Assembly (NCBI GenBank): GCA_000934665.2
Contig: KZ538237.1
Span: forward strand, 62,001 to 110,562
Origin: Catajapyx aquilonaris
Taxonomy: Eukaryota
Length of the DNA stretch: 48,562 bases
Direction: 5' to 3'
Both the position numbers and the translations under genes were made by a program. Shown here piece after piece: positions 22,701 through 36,800 of the stretch; within the stretch, counting starts at the first letter, position 1, and the number at the start of each line of letters is the position of its first letter. The notes beneath the pieces were generated by a model. The model ran no database searches and was not told the DNA's origin. It saw only the letters and a list, made by a program, of their open reading frames with translations.

Positions 22701-23717
22701 CTGAAGGTGTGTCAGATTATGAACTCCTGTCGACTTAACGGTAGCTTTGATGCAGGCGTCAAAAATCAACGTAACTGAAAAAAAACAACTTAATTTTTAG
22801 ATTGATGGTGTTTGATGATCAGGAGTCAAAGTTTCGTTTCTTTTGAAGTTTAAGTCGGTGTTTATTTGAGAAGTAAACTTATAATTTGCCTATGCGTGAT
22901 GTTCATAAATTGTGTAGACTAATATTTGGGGGGTGATGGGGCAGTAGCTACGCATTTTTTTTCCTCCTCTCCCTCTGCCTCTCCTTCATCTGAAGTCAGA
23001 GTGCTATGTTGTCTCTGTAGTTATTATACAATAGCTCATATTCGTCTCTAGCACTTGACACAAATTGAAATGTATAGATTACACAGATGGTGACCATATG
23101 AATTGTTAAAATTTGCAGGAGGAATATACAATCATGTTGAAAAATAGAGACCGTCATGTGGTTTTCACGCTGTTTAGGTATTATAGAGAGTCTTATGTCT
23201 GTGTCTACTTACTAGCAGGAAGCAAGGAAGTAAAAGTATTTCCACCTCTACCCCAGAATAAATCATACCCAGGCGGGTATAAAGGTGGGGGGATATACCC
23301 GCTCAGATTTTTATTTAAAAAAATAATTTCTCCCAAATACGAATGTATGCTGCAGATTAATTCCGGAACATGCGGTGTACTGCAAACCCTGTAATTAGAC
23401 CACATTTCGTAATTAATTTAGAGAATCCTGATCATTTAAAAATTTTATATGTTACTCAGTTCAATGAACAATTGTTGAATCATTAAACGACAGTTTTGCA
23501 TCATTTGGTTTTGTAATTAATCTATGTTTGATCATATTTATTGTTTCAGGTAGGAGAATTTAGTGCGGCTCACGTTATATTTTACCATGCACTTTGAAGC
23601 CACATACGTATATGCTTGCCAAAAAAATTGAACAATATTTGTGATGGCTCCTCAGGTCATCCCTCTGACCCCGCAGGTCACTCAGGGTCATGGTCCAATA
23701 ATACAGTACAACAGGTA

Positions 23718-23987
23718 CTGTGCTGGACATTAATCGCGTCATACTGCTAGCGACATATTCCGATGAGGCAGACGTGTAATTCGAAGTGATAGAGTGCGAG
23801 CCGTGCGAGTAAGAAATAGTAGCCCTTGGGTGACGTCACTGGCTGGGTACGAGACTTTTTCTCCATTGCCCCCCAGCCGATGACGGCACCCAAGGCCTAC
23901 CTATTCTTACTCGCACGGCTCACACTCTACCACTTCGATTTGTACTTCTGCCGCATCAGTCGCTAGCAGTATGACGGAATTAATGTC
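23718..23987. mobile_element. Fold-back MITE, same family as 28333-28542
   Basis: Long imperfect inverted arms GACATTAATCGCGTCATACTGCTAGCGAC... / ...GTCGCTAGCAGTATGACGGAATTAATGTC; TA precedes the left end; right end slightly truncated. Confidence 0.85.
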
Positions 23988-26900
23988 ATTTTTTTCTTCC
24001 ATTTTTCTTCGGGCAATTTTTTATATATCTCATATCTGATTTTGCCAGACACCGCCATTATTTCTATTTTAAAAAAACCCTGATAAAACGAAGCCCACTG
24101 CTTATCCGTATATACCCTGCGCATTCCCGGTTGCAGAGCTTCTAGGAAGCTTATTCATACGAGTGCATTCCATGCAAGGTATTTAAGGGGGGATGAATAT
24201 GCTAAGTTCTATTTGGGTCTGTGCACGTTCCAAAGTCTGGCCACGCATTTGTACACGCGCCATTTTTTGGTCAAAAAACAAGCCTTCCCCATCCAGCACC
24301 TCCCCCTACTGTTAGACTATGTTAATGCGGCCTAATCCAAAGGCGGATTTGGGTCTGGGCCCTAGCATAAATTTGGAGGTGCTGCCTCGTGTCAGGAGCA
24401 GGATTGAGGAGGACCCAGCTGGGGGAGTATTAATATGTAACGAGAGTTTGGGAAATTACACTGTTTCCACTGGAAGGGAGGAGTGGGGAGGGGGGGGGGG
24501 GGCTTTGTAAAAATTAAATTTGTCAAGCAAGGATGCAGCAGTTGGGAATTTATGGTCAGGTCAGATTACCGTCCATACTCTGGCCCAATTGGGTGACGAG
24601 ATTTTTCTTTTTTTTTAAAAAAAAAAAGCACAACTGACTCAGGAAGTGCTCAAAAGTCAGTGACCATAAACGGCCACTTTATGTCCTTTGCGATGTTTTT
24701 TTTTAAGTTTATTTTGACAGAATGCGTGATTTTTAATGGGTGTCTCCTTCCCTGGACTTTTGAATTGTTGAAAGTACAGAGCGTTAACTGTCATGATTCC
24801 CACGTGGATAATGATGCTGGTTAGACATTTTTATCTCTTCCTTTAATAAGCGCATGATTCTTCATCATTGTGAGGGTTAAATTGCATGGAAATTATGGCC
24901 GTGCGTAATTTAATAACTACGGTAAGATATTTATGATTTACAGCTTTTTTTTGGGCAGTATTGCGTTTAGCCTTTGTTTGGGAATTGTTAGGCATGTCAA
25001 CACACTGATGGCGATCTCGACAAATTCTGTAATGCATTGCAATTGTTGCCTTACCTGCAGGCTATACAAGGTGATCTGTGTAAGGCCATGTTTTCTTGTA
25101 GATATGGAATGGAAAATGCGTGATACCATTTAAATAAGTACTGAAAATTCCAGACACATAATTAACATCACTTTGCATCACGTTTTGGCCTCTTAGCATC
25201 TATCGAGCTATAAGATTTCATGTGAAATATTTTTATTCAGTGTTCCAATTTTCATGCGAAATATCTCTGAAGTCGAAAGTCAAAGGTATACTTTCGGTTA
25301 GAGTGTACATGCAATATGACAGATGCCAAGAGCAATGGCGGTGATCATTTAGAATCTGTGGCCACCACGGTTGCCCGGCTTGACATTTGCTGATATTTAA
25401 AGTGGGATTATCTAAACTCTAAAGTGAATGCTCCGACATAAACCCGTACCGTTGTCACATTGAAGAACCGTTTCATTTCACTTTAATTTAAGCAAAAACA
25501 CGATGTATGATGAGGCACCACGAGTTGCGTTCAGGTGTGCCTGAAGAAGCCGAATGGTCACTCTCAGTCCATAATGTGGCGTTATCGTGCAAATCTAAAA
25601 CTAAACCACAAAATGTAAATATCGTACCCTGTAATCTCCTGTTAGACTATAGACTGTACCAGGTATATAGCTGAATTCCTGTTTCATAGACGTACAGTAC
25701 ATTTATATTAATTTTACCTACGCACTGCTAATGATAGGTTTCTGAAACGTGCTACATAGGTACATTAATTTGCGAAAAATTAGTTATATACTAGACAAGC
25801 CTCTTTAGAAGTACATTTTCGCTGTAGCATATACGTATAACATTACCACGACTCGGGTTTGAATGATGTTGCCATGGGGACATGACTCATGTAGGCTGCT
25901 ATTTAATTCAAAGGAAAGTAATTTTTCCCTTGCATCGTGAAAAGGTTTCATTAAAATAGTTTGCTCTGAAACTGCTTTGTGAGAAGAAAATATGAAGCTT
26001 GCTGCACTACTATACATTCAGAGATATTAATACAAGCAGACAAGATGTTTTCTCCTTTTCCCTGGTATAGGTCGGATTAGCTCAAGTGTCCATAGCAACA
26101 GCTTCCAACTGAATGTCAGAACTATTGCTTTGAATTCAACTATAGAGAGTGCAAATTAGAATTTCTCTGTGCAATGGCAAATAATTTTCATGCTTCATAT
26201 ATGAATATATTGTAGGCTATATGTAGACTATAATATATTATATCGAACACATTTTCTTGTATTGGTCACTTGTCATTGCATTGTGATGAATGACAATTCC
26301 TATTGGATGAACAAAATACTGATGCATTAGCCACATCCTAATGCAACATACACCGATGATATAGTGTTCTTAGCAACAAAAAAAACTACTGGCACACAGT
26401 ACTGTTAATTAAAACAGTAATGTTACTCACTGCACCTTTCGGTTACATAGGTTGAGGCACACAGCAGGCGGTCAAGTAGCACCTGAACGATACAAATGAT
26501 AGCTTCAATTAGTACACATTGATAAGTGCACAATGACGTCTCGTGTAAATTATAGTCAACATTAATTACACACTGACTGACCATTTAGTTGAGACTTCCC
26601 CTTATAATTGCGTTGATCCTAAACTTTTGCTGGCTGAGGGAAAAAAATGTAAACATCTGCCCGGATAATAACACAATAGTTTTCGATGTTCATCAGTTGG
26701 ACAGTTGATGGAAATTCCCCGAAAAGTGATGGGAAAAGGAACGAGTGTAGCTGAGATTGATCTATATAGTGGGCAGAGAAGAGCAACGCAGAAGTGAGGA
26801 TCGATGATGCTCATTATCGGTTGTGTAATTAAAGCCCTGGCTGTTTCTCCGCCGCTTATCTGCTCTCCTTGGCAAAGAAGAAAGGATAGGCGAGGGTGGA

Positions 26901-27423
26901 AAACAGGAAGAGGGGGAAAAATGACCCAGCGGTAGGAGGCTCACTCTTCCCTTGGGCCTTAATCTACTGCCTTCATGCCTCTCATTTACCAGCTCATCAG
27001 GAAACTCCCCCCCNCCCCCCCATTTCCACATCCTCCAAACCTACGTCCCCCCTTCTCTCTCCACAAAACTCCCGGTATGCCCTCAGTCCATAACACCATA
27101 CCTTTCTGGAAAGCCAGGTGCACTTCTAAGCATACTCAAACATCATACTTGTATTTGCAGTGGTAGAGGAAAATTCCAGGGCAAATTCTTGGCAGCCGAC
27201 ATATGTCCAAAATGTAGGAAAGAGGTGATATGGGGAGGTAACATTCCTGATGCGAGTGCATTGTCAGTGGATGAAAAGTGTCTAGGAATTTTGATAGTAT
27301 CGGTCGAATGCTATTCCGACTAATTAAATTTATCCACAATCATTAGTTACACCTACCCTGGTTTCACAAAGGTAATTTCAAATGGATTTGCGAAGAAACT
27401 GAATGGTTGACTGCCGTCTGTTC

Positions 27424-27437
27424 CCTCTAGGCGGCGC
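27424..27437 (+). promoter_or_regulatory. CTCF-like motif
   Basis: CCTCTAGGCGGCGC resembles the CTCF core; motif match only. Confidence 0.3.
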
Positions 27438-28171
27438 AACAAGCTTTGACATATACACTCCTGATCGCCTTGTTTCAATTATGCTGCTCAACAAGGTTAG
27501 CTGTAGTAACGTGACAGAAAACCTCTCTGACGCACACATTGAATGTCGTTATGATGACCCTAGAGTAATGACGTCACATATTCTCCAGGGAAATTTTAGT
27601 GTAGAAAACTCTTTGTAACTGGGTTGTCACTGATTCACTTATGGTAAACTTTATTGAACTATACACAGTATACACAGGCAGATACGTTCTGTAAAATGCT
27701 ACCTGTAGTATTATTTTGTTAACAATAAGATAAGCCTGTAGTGTTTCCAGATATTCAGTCGGAATATTGAGAACGATTAAGATGGCCTCCTTGAAGTAAA
27801 CTTTAGATAAGTTGTGGGGGAGTGTTCAGGCTATAGGAGGGAATGTCAAGACCTCTCCCAACATTCCTTGAGGCGAGTTTGACCCAGTTTATTTCCTCCA
27901 GGAGTTAGTTTTAGTCTTACTAATCGATAGTCTTGGGTGTGGACTAGAAGACTAATTACGCTCACGGAATCGTTCATTTAGAGCCTTTCCTCTTAAATTT
28001 TCTCCTCATTTTTTATGGCGTAGTGAGGGGTCGGTTTCTTGCTGAGTTGGGTTCTTCCGAGTAGCCTAGGTTGTAAATAAGTGCTAGCTGAGTATTTTCA
28101 GGATTAGAGTGGACCTACCATAAATTCAGTCTCTGGTGTCTAATTCGTGCTGCATTCTTGTGTCATTGCAG

Positions 28172-28214
28172 GAAGGTTGATGACCACGCAGTACTCGTGA
28201 TCAACATTCACCAG
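28172..28214 (+). other. Candidate 43-nt exon
   Basis: Acceptor TTCTTGTGTCATTGCAG| and donor CAG|GTAAGA; one open frame gives KVDDHAVLVINIHQ. Confidence 0.35.
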
Positions 28215-28332
28215 GTAAGACATTATCTCCAGATTTCATACCCTGGAACATTGTGTTTTATATAATGATTCAAAGTTTGAAGGGCACCAGATCATTTTAT
28301 ATCGTACTGTCATTCTTCTGCATGGTTACCTA

Positions 28333-28542
28333 CAGTGTAATATTAATGGCGTCATACTGCTAGCGACATTTGCGGCAGACGTACAAATCGAAGTGACAGA
28401 GTGCGAGCCGTGCGAATCAGAAGAGGTAGGCCTTGGGTGACGTCACCGGCTAGCCGGTGACGTCACCCAAGGCCTACCTCTTCTGATTCGCACGGCTCGC
28501 ACTCTGTCGCTAGCAGTATGACGCGATTAATGTCCAACACTG
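28333..28542. mobile_element. TA-flanked fold-back MITE (Tc1/mariner/pogo-type ends)
   Basis: TA-CAGTG...CACTG-TA; central perfect 114-bp palindrome 28395-28508; homologous to 23718-23987. Confidence 0.9.
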
Positions 28543-31500
28543 TACATCCTAACAGATATGCATCCCTCCATGCGACATTGCTTTTTTTTATTTAAAAATA
28601 GGCTTATAGAGCTGGTAAGCAGATAATGAAACACCCTGTATTTCAATCTCTTTATATAACCCTTTTTCCCACAATATCTTCAGAATATGATTGCTCTAAC
28701 GAACCTCTGATACAGGCGTAAATTATTATTGTTGCAAAGTAAACACCGTACATCCGTAATTATTTCTCATGTACACTCTCTCTCTCTCATGTGGAGAAGT
28801 GACACTTATGTTTATAGCCTCATTTTGAACCAACCTTCTCCCCACTCCCCCTGTGGGTTTTTGAGCACACTAATGAAGGTGGTTTGACGAATTGACGCAT
28901 AACTTAGAAGGTTCACAGAGCGTGATGCATAAATATATCACAGTGTGTATGACCCCCGTATCTTCCTTCATCAAGCCGAAATTCAGCCCGAAAGTCGTAG
29001 ATGTTTATCTGTAGTGGGGAAAAATATAAAGATTGGATAGAGGAAAAAGGGTGCCTCTGAAAGGAGACAAAGAAGATGGTGCTAGAGGGTGCAGAGTGGT
29101 AAGGTGGAGGCCAGTTTTCTTCCCTGCTGCACCTGGCAACGCCCACTTGTCACATGGGATTTACAATGCTTCGTGTCCACACCGAGAAATGGGGTGGAAA
29201 AATTGAAAAAAATGAGCTCTGAAATTTGCTTCCCTCACTGGCCATTAATATCCGACACTAGAAACCAACGCCTGCGCTTATTCTTTTTCCTGCCCCTCCT
29301 TTTTTTGCTGGTTCTAAGTATTTTTTTTCCTCTCCTTTTGGGAGACTGACAAATGAGACTCAGCTAATGCCTGCTTTTTTTTTCTTGACTCTATTTTTTG
29401 TTGTATTGAATGTTTTTTTCTAGTGGGGAATAGATCTTGGAAATTCGTTTATATGCATGGCTAACCGTTTTGCAATAATGATAAGAATGTAGCCTACTCA
29501 ATTAGGAACATGTTTTTTCGACCCTTTCTTATATGCAAAAAAAAACAGCCGGGCAAAAGTGTCGCAATGGGTATTTATTAGGCACTTATTAACCGAGATT
29601 ATTCATGACTTGGCTTTCTATCTACGACATGTTTACGATAATAATCCACACAACGTGAGAAGCAATTTTTATAAACGCTGCGAAGCTTTGCATCTCGCAT
29701 ATCAAGTGAATGATTTAGCTTCATTGTACCGCAATTACTGCACACGAGCACGGGGCCTGTTTTGTGCAACAGTTACCAGCAGAGAGGAGGCTTTCAAATA
29801 TTAATGACATGGTGTACCGGAATTGCAATTTGAAATGGCCACGAGTTAATTTTTTGCTCTTCTGTATATTACGTTTTTATTCAGAATTTTACAGTACTTT
29901 TTTTTTTGATTTCACAAAGAGAAATTAGTGGCCCAAATGAAAAGCGATTTAAGTAGCGTGGCATCATTATAGTTGTTTTTTGTCGCAAAAACTAGGCCTG
30001 TGAGAGCAATGTAATATTTTAAATGTAAGCCTCGGTATTACCGCGGGTCTGTAGGTTCTAATGGAAATGTGTATATTTGTGTGAAAATATTTGCATATAG
30101 GATATGGATTAATCTTCCTCTACTTTTGTACAATTTCAGGTAGCATTTTCAAACATCATATTCAGTACATAAAGTGAGATCATTTCATCACACATTGCAA
30201 CTGTTTGCAAAAGGTAATAAGCCTTTACACTATAGATGCAATCCACTATACGTAGAGTGTAGCTATATGAAAACGTAACTGAAAACGAGGAGTAGGCCTA
30301 TAATGTGAACACTTTCAGCATATTGCGTTTTATATTATTTGGAATTTGAGCCATATAGGAAAATTTTTAAATGAACAGGTTAATATTGACTAATATTAAA
30401 TCCTTCCTGAAACTTCAAGTGTGCCCACACAGCTTATGATCAGTATTATGAAATTATTATACGAATGTCAGTTTTAATTGCCTTATATGCACGTATCAAA
30501 TCAAGGTGATCACAAATAATTTAATGCCGAACTTGTTACCATGCTCTCTTTATTTAATCCATTCAATAATGAGCCAACTGCTCATTTATGTCTGTAATAT
30601 ATTAAAATACAAATCAGTTGTTATTCCTTTACACAGCCAAATACACAAACCAGTATGGGAAAGATGAATAGGGTTTGTAAGTCACTATAGCAGGTTTTTC
30701 GAGTTGCAGGCTCCCCAATTGTACATAACTGATCCTTCCTGTCTATGACGACGTCAATATTGGATGTGGCATGTTTCAACTTCAAATAATGTTTCACAAA
30801 AGTAAATCAAGGACATAAAGTTTCGTGTCCAAAAAGGGCTATTGTATTTATAGTTGAAAGTTTCCTGGAAGAGCATCACGATTAATCAAGTCTCTTTGAC
30901 ATTCACTTCGGCCCTGCACGAAACCAACGGATGATTGGTTTGAAAGGATACAACTAGGGAGCTTTAATTGAAGACATGTCATGCCGTAGTTCAGCCAAAA
31001 ATATAATTCCCATTGCTTAAAAGTTGGTTAACCCCCCCCCCCCCCTTCCTATACTTTATTATGACAAAGAGGACATACATTTGTCAAGCAATTAGCTACC
31101 CTTGTTGGCACCAGAGTCTAACGACAATGTCTGATAAATAGTCGCTCATCAATTTTTTCTTCCGAGCATCTTGCGTGTGAGCAATTATAATCGAGGCATA
31201 TTAAATTGTCAGTCTGATATAGTCGAAACGGGGAGAAAAAGATAGATTATAAATATAGCATGTTGCTTAAGTTTTGTTGCCCCTTTTTTTGTTGTGAGTT
31301 TACATGTCATTCCAATATCATTTTTTATCATTCTATCCGGCGAACTGACTCTATATAACTGACAGCCTCACACGAGGCTGGCAGAGCTTCCCAGAAGCGT
31401 GGCAATAATTATGGGCCATTTGTTAGCGGGGGAACCCCGGATATTCTTAGCAAGTAAATTGGGCGAATTATCAAGTGAGCGGCCACGGAAAGGAGGCGGT

Positions 31501-33678
31501 AACTAGCTACCGTCACTGATTTATTCCGACCACTTCCCGCCATTATTTCTGCTGTGTTGAGGATCATGACAATGAGGCTGATCTGGCCACCTTGGGAGCG
31601 GTGGCTTGAAGAGAGAATGGCTGCCGCCAGGGCCAACCGTCTTCGCCTCAACGGATATGTGGCCTGGAAATTAGGATATATGGAGATTAGAGCTGTTATA
31701 ATTAGGCAACCAAATGGTGAATTTCAGGTGTAGTCACTAGAATAGCAAGTGATTTTTTTTTTCATAATCGTATAACTCGTAATTATGTCTCGAGCTTGAT
31801 ATTTTCTAACTTTTGACAGTGTGTATACACGGAATACTTAGATAATTCATTCGAATGGCCACGGTCGGTCACATTATAGTGTGGCAAATTGATATTAGGT
31901 GACACTGCATGGAGAAGTTACAGCTGATTGCATCATTAGACATGTGACACGTTGTGTGCACTGCTTCAACTTTATGGTCATGGAAACCGTCAAAACATTT
32001 CATCATAAAGTTTTTGGCCAGTCGTTTGGCACATGCTAAGAACGTGACATAATTATTTATCCGATTCCTAATATTTCTATGGTATGCACAAATTAAATTA
32101 TTGCTATACTATATTCTGTAGACGGCCTATTCATAATGGTGAATGTCATTCTGACTTGTCCAGCGTTTTTTGCACGACATTGTTCAACTCGGCAGGATTT
32201 CTAGCTCATTTAATGCCAATACATCCTAATTCCAGATACTTAAGAATTCCAAGTATAGAAGGGCGTTAAAAAAGACTACCGTAATAGCCAACCTGGGCAT
32301 AGTTCCCGTGCTTTATTGGCTCATCACAATGGAAAGGGAACCGAACTGGTTTAATTCGGCATTAACTTGATTAATATGCATAAATTCGTTTGGTTGGATG
32401 TGTTAATTTGGAGCCTAATCTGGCAAATTAGGCCCGGGAGCACCCAAGCAGCATTTCCTCATTATGAGTAGGAGAAAAATTATTAATGACGCTAGGATGA
32501 TGTTGAAGTTGGGGACGGGAAAAGAAAAAAAAAATCTATTGTGTCCGACTTCACGTTGTGATATTGTCGTCTTTCCTTCCCTGGAGGCCATTGAAAGAAC
32601 TTTTCATGGAATGCATTTTCCTACTGTAATAATTAACTGTGCTTGATGGTAACGAGCTCTTTAAGTATTGACTTGTTCTCGCTTATTTCATTTGGATTTT
32701 TTTACACATTAATAAAATGCAAGTTATTTTGACATTTAGAGGTGGTCTCATTTGGACCGATTAACCATTTTATATTCTTATTGTGCTTCTCTCAGTACAG
32801 CAAATATTTACACTTGAATCTATTTTCGTCGATGCTAAATAAACTAATCAGTTGACTCAGGTATTAGCCTTAATTCAAATCTCTTTCGTAATTGTCTGTT
32901 TACAGCGCATCTCTATGTTGATTGTTTGTCTAACAGGAAAGAATTCATTTCAGTTACTTGTGCTACAGTAGAATCCAATTAACTGGAGACAGTATACGCT
33001 GTAGAAATTGGCAACATCACAACTATTACACCAGTTTGCAACTGGCTATTAATGAAATGAGACTGTGTAAAGCGGAATTGTGAAGAACTTTCTCCGTCAG
33101 TGCGTAGAAAATCAAAATGAATTCTGTAGCACGGTCCTATATGCAGATTCCTACCGATACCGGAACAAAAGAAATGAATTAACAGACAATTTCAACACAC
33201 TTACTAGTCATGCGATATTAATATGCATGAAACAGATCGCTATGCATTACAGCTTCTGGACTCTGTTAGAGAGGGGGATCCATATTGTGTGCGACAATGT
33301 AGCAACTTTTGCGGTCCAGAGTTGGATCCTCGTATTGGCGACGGATTTTCCATGTAGAAATCATTGTTCCAGTATTACATGTTTTGTGTGGGTTTGGTGT
33401 GGGGGAGATCTGTATTTTTCTCTAAAATCTATAAACGAAGATGGGATGAAAATGCTGCAGTTTGACAATATGTAAGTTGACATTTTTGTCGTCATGCATA
33501 AAGAGCAACATGTTTGAGAGTATTGCGCAAGAAGCCTTTTCTCGCTATTTTTATTTTATTTTGAAGGAACCTGTATAAAACTAATCATCGTGAGTGATGA
33601 TGGCATCCTGGGTAGATTATTCAATCGTTTGTAAACGACTACAACAATGTAAATGAGGATAGCAATGAATGGAATATC

Positions 33679-33850
33679 GGCCAACAGGTGTAGTGTTTAG
33701 CGACATAGCCTTTCACCTCCGAGGTCCAGAGTTTGATCTCTGGGTCGGATGTCTTATATTGAAAGAGGTTATATTGGTTCTATCCGCATTTGCTTTGATT
33801 TTTTTAGGAGTTCTCCCGTTTCCTTCCGCAATTAACAATCCATCAGCAGC
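33679..33850 (+). mobile_element. Decayed tRNA-derived SINE
   Basis: A-box-like GGTGTAGTGTTTAGC, B-box-like GAGTTTGATCTC, then a GTTCTCCCGTTTCCTTCCGC core; no acceptor stem. Confidence 0.55.
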
Positions 33851-36800
33851 GCAACAATTGAATCAAGACGGAAATAGAAAGGCGGATCCTGTCAGATGCC
33901 ACAGACCTTATCACGGGTATTCATTATTATTTTTAATGGGTGTAAGAGAAGAAAACCTTGTGATTTTTGTTAGGAAACTCAAGCTGTACCTCAAAAATTG
34001 TCGACGCTGTCAAGAAAACACTTAGTGTATTCGACTCGAATGTAGAGGGTAAACAATAGAGGGTAAAACAAATGCGGAGTAATTATTACTCCGGATTTGT
34101 CTCAGGTATACGGCGATCCCTTGATCTATTATACAGCCGTAAAAGAATATAGCCTATGGATTATTTTTGGCACTATAATATTTGACTCTAAAATTATCAC
34201 TCTATACATTTATTTAGTGTTCTTGTTTTATACTAATTAAAACATTGTCCAAATTTGATTAAAATGCAAGTATTGTGAGTTATCAATTTAATTTCGAGTT
34301 TATTTTTGAGGCCTAAAAACACTGGCGTTCCCAAGCGAGAGCGAAATAATTGCAAAACTCACGTAACTTATAACTTTTCTACATTTAGTATGATTAGTAG
34401 GTCATTTCTTGTACACGAAAATGTTGTCATTATCGGCACCTGTAAGTATTGACAACCAATTGCTATAGACCAACGGCGAGACGAACTTGAAATTCTTTGT
34501 CTATTATTCTGACAAAGCCCGACCAATACTGAAGGAAAGAAAATAGTCTTTAGTGTATGGCCGGTTCGTTATACAGGCCAAACAGGTTTCCTTACGTCAG
34601 CAACTACTCTCTGGAATTCTATGCACTATATGACATACTAGGAGCAAGGTTCCTTTTACATGCGGAGAAATGGCGATTTAAATCGCCAATTACAGTCTTG
34701 AATGCGAGGGGAAATATGCAGATTATTTCCACATTATTGGACACACTATCATTTACATTTAAACAATAAATCCACCGACATATGCGAGATAAAGGAGTAT
34801 TTTAAATGAGAGTAATCTGCCCAGGTAGGTCCTTAATCAGTATATGTATAGTGTCAAAACATGGGAGTTCGAAGCTAGCCTGAAAGATGCCAAGCGTTCA
34901 GGTCATACTCTGTGTGCCAATTTAGGAATGTTTAAAAATGTGCAAACTGCTGGAAAAGGTTGACAAAATTTTTCGAGGTACATTAATCGTAATTCTACGT
35001 AGCGGGTGGCACATATGGAGTGACTTCCAATTTGGGTGTCCTTTTCTATTGGAGCTTTTTTCACACTTAAGCAGTTAATTCAAAATATTAATTTTAGGAG
35101 CTATTAAAATATCAGCGGCTAATGTAAAGTGGAATCGAACTTTTTTATTTTAAAATAATTGTGGATCTAGCCTGACGAAAAGACACAATGTGAAACATAA
35201 ATTGGAACCCAATGTTCTACATGTGTCATCTGCTGCATATAAATTATTATTGTGTACATTCATATCGCAATATTTTGGCAGTCCTGTTATTCAGCAATTT
35301 GCGCATTTTTCAACCTTTGTAAATTTGCACACAAATAGTGACCTGGATACCAAACAAGTCATCATCTACCTCCCTTGTTTTGGCATTGCATGTAAACAAT
35401 TGGCCTACATAGGCGGATGCCTCGCATTTGAAATACTCCTTTGTCTTGCGCATGTCGTGGGATTCAATTTTTTTCTGCGAATGACAGTGTGTCAAGGAAT
35501 GTGGGTAAAATACCTCCCGTATCCAGGATCCTGTTATTAGCTTTTGAAATCCATTTTACAAGCGAAAAAGAACTATCAGAAATGCCTAGGGTATGTCATA
35601 GTTTTAAGGATTGAGAAGAGCAGTTTGTTGTGACGATGACGTCGAGAAATTGTTCAGCACATAGCGAACCAGTCAAAAACTAGACTATACTTTTCTGCAA
35701 CTGGTTGTGATGCAAAGTTTTATGACTGTTGGACTCTATATATAGCCTCCAATCTCATCCGGCCAGAGAAACAAGCATAACTTGTAGGCCTATATAATAA
35801 ACTGTTACTTAGCAGTTACTATATACCAAGGGTTACTTCAGGGTATTCTCTTATATACAGCCTATAGTATAGCATGGCGTAAAAAACCTGCCATGCTGTT
35901 ATTTCCATAATGGAGTCGAATTTGTCAAAATCAACTAAGATAATTTGGTCTTGGAATACTGTATCGCGAAGAACCTGGGTTCGCGAGAGCAAATGCGAAT
36001 GTTTAGAAATACCCTGTATAGTATTGAACTATGACTATTTTTACGTGGTCCAAAATACTGCATTATGCGCCTACCATGGTGCGTAGCAAAAACGTTATTG
36101 ACGTGTGGCAATGTTACTATCGCTAGTACAGTCACTACTTTACACTTTTACGTACTTCCTATATGACCATTGCCCTTAGTCGACTGAAACTAGCAGGACA
36201 GCTTACGATGTCCATTTCAAAATTTGTACGACGTTGATGCATACAACCATGGTGCACTTTTGCAGTTTCGATTTGCTTTGAAAAAAGGAATCTCCTACTT
36301 CTCAGATGACCTATTACATTAGTTTGTTCCACCCTGCACAACACCCGAAATTGGAGCTTTAATAATGGCGGACCTGCGATCATATTCATTATTACCGAGA
36401 AACTCATCACTCGTCATGTTTCTTCACGATTATAAGCAACAAGATAGGCTGCACTGTAGCATGATTATAGTTAATTTGTGCATGTACGTGTACAATGCAT
36501 AAATTGCATAAATTTCGCTGCAATATTAAATTGTTAATTAAATCCGAAAACTTATTATTCGCGACAATTATTTTTTTTTCCTTGGCAGAATCCCATTGCT
36601 CAAGTAACGCGAAACTCAGGTTGGTTCGTAGTAGCTGAAACCCGCACATTTTGATGAAGTGATATGGGTAGTAAACTACCAGCAAGCGGAACGTCCACCC
36701 CCGACATTTGCGCTAATAGGTAATCAGATTGCAACTAATCCGTGAAAGTATCATTCATAAATGGCTAACTGAGTGAAATGCCGTAACAAAGAGGAGCTCT

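Noticed and set aside
33679..33750. Third tRNA gene
   Set aside because: Only degenerate A and B boxes with no cloverleaf, followed by a SINE core; treated as a SINE.
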